Source: Cirrosporium novae-zelandiae
Taxonomy: Eukaryota
Direction of reading: 5' to 3'
Assembly: GCA_026023565.1 (NCBI GenBank)
Contig: JAPETS010000005.1
Location: 186,001-250,000, forward strand
DNA length: 64,000 nt
Numbering within the stretch: the stretch's first letter is position 1; each line of letters opens with the position of its first letter. Positions 10,834 to 21,815 of this stretch are shown here, in pieces. A model generated the notes under the pieces. The model was not told the DNA's origin. It did no database searches and saw only the letters and a program-made list of their open reading frames with translations. Made by a program: the position numbers and the translations under genes.

Positions 10834-12702
10834 CTGCAAATGTAAGACTTAATTAGCTATACAAATATACATGAAAGTTAGTATCGCATTTTCCAAGAAG
10901 AGGTATGTATGATATATGTTCATCTTGCCAAGTTAAAATTAATTCGCAGATGTAATTAAACAGGGACTCGGGATAGTTATATATGATAGTTATATCCATG
11001 ACCTCCTGAATGTCGACCCAAATCTGACCACATTTAAGGTCTACTCTTGTCTTTCGCCCAAGCGCGCTAAACAGGGTCATCACAAATAAGAAATCTTGGC
11101 AAGGCGTGGCTAGATTCGTCATGTCCTCGGCTTAACTAATATATTCTTGGTAACGGTCGATTATGAAACACATATTCTTGCCAATCACTTTGATACCGAA
11201 TCCGAAAACTGAGGGGAAAAGTCGAAAGCCTCTGGGTGAAAATATAACAACGATGAGGTTCGAAGGCCTTCCAAATTCTACTGAGTAACAGCTGACGAAT
11301 CACCAATAGGTACGGGGCCAACCCAAGTAAAGATGATGAATCCTATTATGACTTGCATAAGATTGTTTGAGATAAGGGGGTGGGATATTTTGTTATTTGA
11401 CAGAAGGTACTCTATGCGTAAATCACAGGGGCATTGTAGTCGAGTACGAGCAATCCGAATTCCAGAGTATTACGAGCCACATGGTGGAGGAGTTTGCAAC
11501 ATTAATCAACATTAATTAACATTAATATATAGACTCATGCTCAGTGGTCGTAGCATAAATTACAATCATAACATAAAAAATGATAAGGGTAAGGTTAATC
11601 AATTATTCAGGTTTGATAGGTTTGATAGGTTTGCAAGCATCTACATCCTTGACATTGTCAACCTTGTTGATCCACCAGCCTCGTTTGCCCATTTGATCAT
11701 TTAACCAATTTCCATCTTTGAATCAGCTAATTAACTCAATCAACTACTCCAAAACCATTTTTGTGAGACGGACGGATGCTAAACCAGATATGATCAGCAT
11801 AACTAATCCTCAGGTTCCCGAGGTCAAGTATAATTCAATGCAAGCCAAATGGAGTATTTGGTCATCCAGTTTCTCCGACTAGAGACCCCCATTATCTGAA
11901 AGGAGAATCGACCGTTCCCACCTTGACAATTTACCAAGCTTGGGCAGTTAAAATCTACAGTACACCTGATAATTCAAAATATAAGCAAAACATTGGTGTC
12001 TTTCTACGGCTCTTCTAGTGTCGGAGACCACCTTGATCATGTCCTCGTCTTCGATGAACTGATTGCGATACCAAACTCGTCGACCTCGCCACTGTTGTTG
12101 ACCAGATTCCCTTATGGTATCTTTATCTCCCTGATCAACCTGATAATGCCTGTATTCTTACCATATCTCCTAACAATTGCTATATGGAGACGCGGAAAAC
12201 ATATATCAGCGGAATCTACTTTCCATGCGATGCTACGATACACACACGTCATCTGCCCGACAGTTGGTCAGCGCAATCCACCCTTCCCAGCCCAGCCCGA
12301 TACCCTCTCCGGGACCAGGTCCCCGGAGATTTAGAAAAGTAGCAATTGACATGAATCTAATCCACATTTTCTCATTTACTAGTATCAAAGGGTCCTGTGT
12401 GGCTATGAATGCGGCTATGTGCAATTCTCAGGACCACAATCAACACCCCGCTCAGATGTATTTTGAATCTGCACGCGCTACATTCTCTTATTGACCGTCT
12501 TTTAAGCTGTCAGGGTTTATCTCAGCCTGAAGTTGAAGATCATTTATCTAATGACTTTCCCAAATTCCTAACGTATTCTACTACTATGATGCTAATGCTT
12601 ATTCTCTGTCCATCGGGAGCATCCTGAAGATTTCCTGCCTTCTCAACAACACGACTCTCTTCGATCTAGAAGTCTTCACTTCCTCACATACTAGCATTCA
12701 TC

Positions 12703-14297
12703 ATGGACGCTCTCCGATTGGCAGCCTGGATTGTTGCCACCTCGATGTTTGGTCTGGGAATGATCTCATGCTTTTGTCGCGTTTACTCTCGGGGATTCAT
12801 CATCCAGACTGGATTTGGGTGGGATGACTGGATCATGGTTGGCATTATAGTAATGCCCCTGGCCTATTCAAAACAGTGCCACTTGGACTAACGACCATTT
12901 TGATAGTTTCTCAATATCGGTCAGCAATATATAGTATATAACTTCATGCACTTTAGTAGCCAAATGTGAGTGTCGTTGGTCTTATCAACTTTGCTATTTT
13001 CATGACAGCTAATGCCTAATCACAGTAATTCCATCCTATCAAGCGGAGAATCGCTCACTTACGATATCTATTCGTCCCTTCTTAATGTTAGTACCGCCCT
13101 CACCAACAAACTTTACGGTTCCACAACCGAAACTAACAAGTGATAGTATTTATTTGCCGAGGAAATTCTCTACACGATCCTTCATTGGGGTCTGAAAATG
13201 TGTTTCTTATTTTTCTTCCTACGGCTCTCGCAATCTATAACATTCCGTCGCACAGTATTTTTCACAATGGGCTTAAATAGTGTATTGATGGGTACAACCT
13301 TTATTATGCTCTGCACACAATGTCTTCCGCTGGACGTGTTCTTTCATCCGTGGCTTTATGAAGACTCCGAGTCGCACTGTATGAACAGTAAGGTTATTTA
13401 TTATATACCGTCATCTTTTGTAAGTTCGAAACTCCTTCAAGACGATTGCTCGCAACAAAATCAGTCAAGTACGATTCAGATTTCGGCTTTGCGCTTTGTC
13501 GGGGTTTCTTAAAATGCACCTCAACCAAAATGTTCAGGGTCATATAGCTTGCGCGCTAGATCAGCCTATATTGAATGGAATCGGATTACTGCGAACCTAG
13601 AATTCATCATACTAATTCTCCATTCTAGTTTACTTTCCTCGACGTCTGCATCCTCGTTCTCCCAATCCCTACCCTCTGGAGCCTCCAAGTCTCCTTCAAC
13701 AAACGCCTAGCACTCCTCTCCGTAATCTCCTGCGGTGGGGTCGGCCTTATTATCTCCATCATACGCATGATCACCCTACACGGCTTCTCGGCAGACATGG
13801 ACTTTGTCCCCCTCATTAACCGAACCGTCCTCATGACCTCCCTCGAAATAAACGCCTACATACTCTCTGCAAACATGCCCTCCCTAAAAGCAATCTGGAG
13901 CAAACACATCACCCGTAGCCTCGTTCGTAGCAGAGGGTACAAAAACGGTTATACTTCAGGCACCCGGGGGCCCTCGCGCCTCACAAACCCAATCCAGAAA
14001 TCCTCCCACCATGTTGTCGAGATCCTCGCAAGCGGAACTAAAAGCCGCAACTCAGACGATCATGAAATGAACACCATAAACTCAGGTAGCGGCGACACCC
14101 GCAGCGATTCTCAGGAACAATTATTCCATAACGGCCAGCCGTTGCCGCATGCGATAGTGGTGACGCATGAGCTAGGAGTAGGAATCGAACGGGCTAGCCA
14201 ATCTCCAGAGTTCAATCGCGAGTATTACGATTTCAAAGAGGGGACGACCAAAGGGGTCTTGGGGAGACGACCATCAAAAATACTGAGGGGAACATAA
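12703..14297 (+). CDS. PTH11-like (fungal rhodopsin domain) integral membrane protein without CFEM, 5 exons
   Basis: RVYSR...GFGWDDW, LKMCFLFFFLRL, QCLPL, DVCILVLPIPTLWSLQ..KR, LEINAYILSANMPSL. Introns restore a continuous frame. Confidence 0.85.
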
Positions 14298-14803
14298 AAA
14301 AAGGAAAGAAAATAAATGAAATTGGGGGGTGAAGATGGAGTGGTACTTTGAAAGCTGTGCTAATTACTTTACCTGGATCGATCGATCGATTAATGATTTT
14401 TTTTTTGCTTTTGGGTTTGGACCATTTGGTGTTGGGGATATGTACATGTAAGTGTACTTGTACTTTTATGAATGCGAATGTGAATGGGGGGGAGCGAGGG
14501 AGTTATCCTATGTTATTATGTATTGTGTCGCGTTAAGGGATTGATTTGATGGGATATAACTGGACCAACTTTAGATACCTTTGTGGTTGGCTGTGGGCGA
14601 ATTGGTTTTTACATATTATGTAAGAAGAAAAAGAGGAGGAAAAGAGGGAAGATAGAAAGAAGGGGAGATGTAAGATACGTATGGACGTATAAAATAATGA
14701 CAAGGAACCCGATTTTTTTAGCAGGGGGAATGTATATATCCATGTCCCATAATTGCATTCTTGAAGTGAGGGAAATCACAGTGCATATAATATATTCAAC
14801 CGC

Positions 14804-16073
14804 CTACAAATTCGAGCTCTTAAACCCATCATTCTGAATAATCTCGATCCAATACCCATCCGGATCCAACAAAAAGGCCACATTCCGCATCCTCCCATCC
14901 GTCAACCTCTTCTTCCAGCTCGCATTTAGCGACTCGAACCGCGCGCACGCTGCATCCAAATCATCCACACTCACACAAATATGCCCGAAACCCTGCGGCT
15001 CCGCATTTCCATTATGATACGCAAAGCCCGGGTCTTTCTCGGTGCCGTAGTTCCAGGTCAGTTCCAGCAGGCCTTCCCACTCCGCGATAGGGTTGACGCC
15101 TTCCTCTTCATCCTTGGGGATTGGACGCCCGGCAGGGTATCCGAGGAAATATAAATTGAATCCCGCGGCCGCATTTTCTTTGGTACGTAGAAGGGTCATG
15201 CCCATGATTTCTTGGTAGAATTTGAGACTTGCGGTAGCGTCTTTTACGCGGAGCATGCTGTGATTGAAGCGGTAGGTTGATAAGTCTGTCGATTCAAGCG
15301 ACGTGATTTTTTCATAGTTTTTGGTGCTTATTATTTCAACCCAGTAACCTGAGAGGGTTAGTTAGATTAGTGGAGTGGGTGTGGATGGTTCTTCTTTGCT
15401 TTTCCTTTCTTTTGTACGTGTGTATGGGGGTTGCGGGTTATTGAAAATGGAGGGATGGGGAGCTTACCATCTGGATCCAGCGCAAATGCGATATTTCGCA
15501 TTCTTCCATCCTCCAGCCTCTTTTGGAACTTGTAGCCTGCATCACTGATCCTCTTGCACGCCGCCTGGATGTTATCCACGCTGATGCATACATGCCCAAA
15601 TCCTCGGTATGGCTCGGTGTTTCCATTGACTACCTGGTAATTGGGGTCATTCTCCGTGCCGTAATTGTGCGTGAGTTCTAGTACACCGCTTCGGGATGTC
15701 CAGGCCGAGGGAGAGGATGGTGTGTCGTACGCCAGAAAGTAAAGGTCAAATTTTGCCTCAGGTTGCGGCATCTTGTTTATGAGTTTTAGGCCGAGGAATT
15801 CATAGAATTGGACTGTGGTGGGTGTTAGATTCTTGCTTGTTGGAATTGTGATTCGTCATGTTCAAGATGCTTAGACTTACCGGATCGTTTGGGATCCTGG
15901 GATTAAGACAGACATGGTCAGCGCCCCTTTCAGGTACCAGTCGCACAAGGGGCTCTCACCTTGACCCTGATCATCGTGTCTACAGTAGTTAAATTAGCTT
16001 AACATATCTTAGGGAGGATTTTGGCATTGCGGGACGTACGATTGAACGTATAAGTATTTGTATCCGTCGCCAT
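14804..16073 (-). CDS. GLO1: Glyoxalase I (lactoylglutathione lyase), two-domain fungal type; exons 16040-16073, 15960-15979, 15881-15896, 15468-15812, 14804-15348
   Basis: FNHTMIRVKDPKRSVQFYEFLG, LELTHNYGTE, GFGHVCISVD, with a second copy FNHSMLRVKD/LELTWNYGTE/GFGHICVSVD/DPDGYWIE. Confidence 0.95.
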
Positions 16074-16300
16074 GGCTGCTAAAAATCTACGAGCTTGACG
16101 CTGTTAGAAACGCCATTTAAAATTTATATTTATATTTTCCCAAGAGTGGGGGGGGGGGGGGTTGATCTACTTACTTCGTGGGGAGGTTGACTGGTATCTA
16201 GGAAATGCTTTAGTGAGCAATTGAAGTCTTCTGGTAAAGGACATATGAGAACAATAGTTTCAAAGCTAGATGAAGGACAAGGTTGAAGTTAAATATCAAT

Positions 16301-16394
16301 TGACGTGCGGAAAGATACTTGTTGTGTATAATGACGTCTTTTTTACAGCGGTCCCTCCTTTGTGATAAGCACGAGGGGTGGAGGGGTGGAGGGG
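16301..16394. promoter_or_regulatory. Putative stress-responsive GLO1 promoter: three tandem STRE (AGGGG) and two TGACGT CRE-like sites
   Basis: AGGGG at 16374, 16382 and 16390; TGACGT at 16301 and 16332; all upstream of GLO1. Confidence 0.45.
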
Positions 16395-16592
16395 TGGTTC
16401 GGTGCTTAAATGAACACCGAACAAGACACCCTTGCGTGCCTTGGCACTCATATTAAGGTACACTTGTATTCATAGGAGTTTGTTATATTTTGGCGTTACG
16501 GGATATCTAGCGAATGTATTTTGTACTCACATATATACATATCATAGCCTTTAATTGTCAATTGTACCATTTCCGGTAATAAATTCATTTAT

Positions 16593-17264
16593 CTACTCTC
16601 CAATTCTTATTCGTACTGCTACAGCTTTCCCTGGTTGTGTTTCATAGAGCCCCATTTCATTTTCGACTCTCAAAACCATTTCTTCAAGCGCAACATCCAC
16701 CTTGATTTCTCCAAGCTGTACTTCTTCAACATCCTCTACCTCATCGGCAGTATTTTGTTCAGTATAGCTAGGGCGCTTAGACTTTCTCCCCCACCAGGAG
16801 CCCTTGTTCTGCTTAATTGCAGGGGAAGACTGTGATGCAACCTTTCTATTGGTGACCCTCTCTCCCGATACTCCAAGTTGTGCTCTCAGCATCGTCTGTA
16901 GATCCTGGACCACTGCTCTTTGTTGCCAAAATCCAAGCGAGTTCTCCGGACCTGATAATCGAATGATTTCAACATGATCAGCATCTTCAAGCGAGAGGCT
17001 TGGGATTTCTGAATGGGAGGAAATGGTGTATGCAGCGTCCGAGGGAATGAGCAAGAATGTTCGACGAGATAGGCCGGACATTGTGAGTGCTTGGAAGGAA
17101 GGGATAATGGTGTTGTTTATGAGGGCTGTGATGCGAGTAGTGCGGACATCAGCTAGAGAAGCCGGCAGAGAGAGTGATACAGATTTGGAGCTGGTCGCTT
17201 CAGTATAACTTGGGAGATCTAAAGGGAGAAATTCTCTATTCTTTCCGAGCGATGAAGATTCCAT
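16593..17264 (-). CDS. Hypothetical fungal protein, 223 aa
   Basis: Single long ORF with protein-like composition (LPSYTEA, FWQQRAVV, RVENEMGLYET). Function not recognised. Confidence 0.7.
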   Translation of the reverse strand: MESSSLGKNREFLPLDLPSYTEATSSKSVSLSLPASLADVRTTRITALINNTIIPSFQALTMSGLSRRTFLLIPSDAAYTISSHSEIPSLSLEDADHVEIIRLSGPENSLGFWQQRAVVQDLQTMLRAQLGVSGERVTNRKVASQSSPAIKQNKGSWWGRKSKRPSYTEQNTADEVEDVEEVQLGEIKVDVALEEMVLRVENEMGLYETQPGKAVAVRIRIGE

Positions 17265-18395
17265 TGGAATAGTGTTGAGGACTCCTTCTTTTTCCGGCCT
17301 TACTATGGCTCTTTATTTCCTAAAAAGGGGTCACGTATCTGGTAAGTCACAAGATGAGAGATCTTTGGATAGTATTTTCAATTATTATCCTTTCGGTTAC
17401 CCCTAGAGTGATGGCAAATCCTGCTCCTTGTGATGGAATAATTCTCGGCAATTGGTCTTGTTGCAAAGCTCAGTATCACAGGATTGTCTCGCACAGATCA
17501 AAGGTAGTAGAATTATGCCTTGCCAAGAGGTTAATAGCTGACACCGTCACATTGATAACAATGAGAAAAGTGTGACAAACGAATGGAATATTTTGAAAGT
17601 AGAAAGGAGAGATAAAAGTCAGCTCCGGGGCTCAAATAAGGGTTTGTCTCACTGGAATACCTAGGTATCTAAGAAAGCCTATTCTTGAGACATGATAATT
17701 GTTCTTTTTAGTTTTAGTTTTAGTTTTGTGCTGAGATGTTCAGGCCTGTGCCATAGTAATGGGTCAAAGATATTTGGTAGATATTAAGATCAGGTAGGCA
17801 ATCGTGGAGTGATTTCTTTGTACTTAGTAGGATTTAAGCCAAGCTAAATTACCTAGGTAACATTCCCCCAAGGCTGAGCGTCTTGTTAGCAAACGCATGC
17901 GTCCGTTCGCCCTATATCCCAAGCCTCTTTATATTAGAATCCTTCTAGAAGCCTAAATGCCTCAAACAATTCCCAAAATATTTGCTAGGCCTCTAGGAAT
18001 CTATAGCTATGCAATCACACATGGCTGCTGCCTCACTAGTGGCTTCAAAGTTTATAAACTGATTCTGCCCCGCGCCAAACCTTCGTATTAAGAAATGCTA
18101 TATCCGTTTCTAGCCATGACCGATATTCTCTCACCTTTATACACCTTGATTGGTAACTAAAAAATTGTTTCTGGATCTACTAAACTCTTGATCAGGTGGT
18201 TGGCATACAGCCTTGTCGGGTTGATTATGACTACCTCTCATTGACCTCTATCAACTTTCTTTTCCGTCAATTCTCTAATTCTTATTTTCTTATTCAATCT
18301 TGGATAAGTTCCTATTTCAGTGGATACAACCACTACTGGCCTTTAATAACCAATACAAGAGCTGAGTGATCTAGAGTTATAACACTCATTACAGC

Positions 18396-20374
18396 ATGTA
18401 TGCATTGCGGCTTTACATTCTGATAGTGGATATACTAACATAGTTATAGGTACTATGCTATAGCAGAGGCAAGTGAATACCTCGTCGTCACCGGCGCTGG
18501 TATTCAAGACCTTGAAATATGCAAGACAAAATGGGTTTACCCATGGCAGAAGGTTCGATCTCCTGCTATTGAACCAATTACAATTGCTGATCCCTTGGTA
18601 AACAGTGTCAGAAGGTTTCTCTGAAGCCATTTGATATCAAGCTTACGCTTCAGGCAATGACTAAAGAGAAACTCCAATTCTCGCTTCCAGCAGTATTTAC
18701 CATCGGGCCCAATGTCGGTCCTGGTGACTATGATGGTAAGAGGCAGAAAGGGCCTTCTATAGAAAGCATGAGATCCTTCAAGAAATATGCTATGCTTCTT
18801 ACAAGTAACGAGGGCAAAACTAAAAATCGCACCGCTCCGCCATCTGGAGAAGGACATGTTCAAGACATTGTCAGGGGCATTGTCGAGGGTGAAACCCGGG
18901 TCATTGTAGCCGACATGACTATGGAGGAAATATTCAAAGAGAGACAGATATTTAAGACAAAAATCATTGAACGTGTGCAAGTCGAACTTGATCAGTTTGG
19001 TCTCCGTATGTAAGTCGGCCACTTCCCATTCCCCTCTCCCCTCTACAGAGGAGTTTGCTTAGGCGTGAGATAGTTACAATGCCAATGTCAAGGAGCTTCA
19101 GGATACTCCAGGTAGCGAATACTTTGCATTCCTTAGCCGAAAAGCACATGAAGGTGCCCTTAACCAGGCCCGTGTTGATGTTGCCGAAGCTCGTATGAGG
19201 GGTGAAATCGGCGAGGCAGAGAAGCAAGGACGGACCAAACAGGAAATTTCCAGAATTAATGCCGAAACTGCAGTCAAGGAAACCCAGCGCAAAGCTGAAA
19301 AAGCGGAGGCAGATGCCACACTCAAGATTCAGACTACCAATTTCGACCGCGACACTAGAATTGCAGGCATCAACGCGGACCGTACTGCGGAAACCAAAGA
19401 TGCGGAATTAATGAAGCACCTTAACAAGAAGCGTGCTGAAAACGAACTCGAGAGGCTTCGTGCCACGGATGTCGTGAAAAGTCAAATTGCCAAAGAATCC
19501 GCTAGGGAAAGATCAGACGCAGAATATTACTCGAAGCAGAAATATGCTGATGCGGAGCGCTATAAGAAGATTCAAGAAGCTGAGGCATTTGTAGCTAGTC
19601 AAGAAAAGAACGCTGATGCAGACTTGTACTCGAAGCAGAAATCAGCGGATGCTTATCGATATAAAACTACTCAAGAAGCCGAAGCTTTTCAGGCTAGTAA
19701 GGCCAAAGAAACGGATGCAGAATTCTACACACGGCAGAAGTCGGCAGATGGGCAACGCTACAAAACTATCCAGGAAGCCGAAGCCTCCTTTGTCAGCCAC
19801 CAAAAGGAGGCAGATGCAGATTTCTATCGGAGAAAACAACAAGCCGACGCTGCTTTTTACAGCATAACGAAGGAGGCAGAAGCTGGATTGGTTGCTCGGA
19901 AAAAGGAGGCCGAAGGGTTGATAGAGATGGCTAAAGCTTACGGGCAATTGGCGAATGTCATGGGAGGTCCCCAGGGCCTTCTTCAGTACATGATGCTCCA
20001 GGACAATACTTACGAGAAGCTTGCCAAGGCAAACGCGGAGGCCATTCGAGGCTTGGAACCAAAGGTATGTTTCACGGGAAGAAGCCAAATCATGAAGCCA
20101 AGGAAGGCGACATCGCATAGCCTTCTCAGCATTGCTAACTCATTGTTTTTCTCCGTAGATCACCGTCTGGAACACAGGAGAAAATGCCTCCGCCGAAGCT
20201 GGCGCCCCAATCAGGAACATTATGCAGTCGCTACCACCATTACTCTCGACGATCAATGAGCAGACCGGCATCTCGCCGCCTTCATGGCTGGCACAGATGG
20301 ACGGCAATCAGAATGGCCCCCAGGAGGACGGACAACTCACTAAGAAGCAACAGATTCTTAATGGTTCACACTAA
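18396..20374 (+). CDS. Flotillin-like SPFH/band-7 protein; exons 18396-18397, 18450-18552, 18606-19008, about 19074-20064, about 20159-20374
   Basis: EYLVVTGAGI..KWVYPWQK, QAMTKEKLQFSLPAVFTIGP, GIVEGETRVI, QFGLRIYNANVKELQD, coiled-coil region, LAKANAEAIRGLEPKITVWNTG, QSLPPLLSTINEQTGISPPSW. Confidence 0.9.
19516..19911 (+). repeat. Four degenerate 99-bp (33-aa) intragenic repeats in flotillin
   Basis: Units start at 19516, 19615, 19714 and 19813: DAEYYSKQKYADAERYKKIQEAEA..., DADLYSKQKSADAYRYKTTQEAEA..., DAEFYTRQKSADGQRYKTIQEAEA..., DADFYRRKQQADAAFYSITKEAEA... Confidence 0.9.
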
Positions 20375-21027
20375 GCACTTTACAGGAAACAGAATATCTT
20401 TAGCTTACCAAGAAGAGGGTCTCCTAAACTTACTCGATTTCGAGACTGGTCTTAAATCTCAACCTTCCTGAAGACTTTACTTTTGGAGGTGCAAATAGTT
20501 AAGTTCATGAACATCATCGTCGTTGGTTAAGGTGTTCTGTTCCCCTGGTATGGTGTGTCGGTTGAATATGGTTTCAAACCATATCCGTACGCTCACTGAA
20601 GCTAACCTAGCGACTGGAGGGTTTTATGTGGGTAAATGGGCGGTGTTATGAATTAGGAATAACGGTCATGACCAGGTTTTTTTCCGTTGGGCGTTGATTG
20701 GGGAATGGAGAGGGTGTTGTTGGGTTGTAAACTACAACTACTCGGACACTTGTCCACTAGCTTTTTCCTTTTCCTTTTCCTTTTCTTTTTCTTTTTTTAT
20801 TGGAAAGAACAAATTGTTACTTCAAATTATTAGTTAGCTAGTACCTTCATCAATATGCATCTAATGATTCGTTTATTCAACAGTAGCAATCAGTCGTCTC
20901 TTAGTCCTTCTCTTTGGCTTTCTTTATATATATGCATGATTTGAGCTGGCATTCATCTGGAGACTACTACATACCACATACTAAAAATCAGTGCTTGTAC
21001 GCCTACTCGACTCGATCGATCAATCAA

Positions 21028-21815
21028 TCAAACTTCTTGTACTTCGGTGGACGGTTTGGATTCTGTCACCGCTGCTGCTGCTGGTGCCGCCGCCGCCGGC
21101 ACCCCATACACGTTTCGAGTTTTATAGCAATGAATCGAGGACACTATGATTGTCGCAACGAATAGAGCCCTATTATAAAAGAGACGCAATGCGGTGCATA
21201 AGCATGTCTCTTCTCAAAGGTGTATAGAAGAAGGTAAAAAAACAAAACGCACACTCACCACCCCCCAGCCGCAATCCCAGCCGCAGCCTTAAAAGCACCG
21301 CAAACAGTAGCAGTGCACCAATCCAAATCACCGCCGACCAGAACCGCAAAGGCGATCCAACCGGCGAGCCAGAAGATCACGGTTAGAATGTCAATGGACA
21401 GGATGACCTATTTGTTTGCGTTTGCCGCTTTGGGTGACGCGGAGAATGCGAATGGGGTTACGAGGAGGTAGATGAGGGCGAGGAGGATCCAGCAGGAGTC
21501 GAAGATCATGAAGTCGGTTCGGGAGGGTTGGTTGCTGTGGATTGTTACGCCGTAGTAGGCTTCGTAGGCGGGGATGTATTCGTGCATTATGTTTGCGACT
21601 GGGCATGGGAGGAGGATGGTGTTAGTTTGGAATGGGCATGATAGGAAGAGTATGTTTTGATGTTGGTTTGGTTTGGTTTGCGTTGGAGGGATGGAGGTTA
21701 AAGGTGTTAGCATATAACACCTACCATAAGCACAGAGTCCTAGAACGACGATGGCGAAAACGGCTTGGAGTATTCGGAGGATGAAGATCCATACGGGAAT
21801 TGTTTTGATGGCCAT
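21028..21815 (-). CDS. MARVEL-domain membrane protein interrupted by one in-frame TAG at 21408-21410 (recoded gene or recent pseudogene), 3 exons
   Basis: MAIKTIPVWIFILRILQAVFAIVVLGLCAY-VANIM...FMIFDSCWILLALIYLLVTPF..NK*VILSIDILTVIFWLAGWIAFAVL...CGAFKAAAGIAAGG-WALFVATII...EVQEV*. Both introns have canonical sites. Confidence 0.8.

Noticed and set aside
5978..14297. MFS + GNAT + PEBP + PTH11-like genes as a secondary-metabolite cluster
   Set aside because: No PKS, NRPS, terpene synthase or cluster transcription factor is present in the window.
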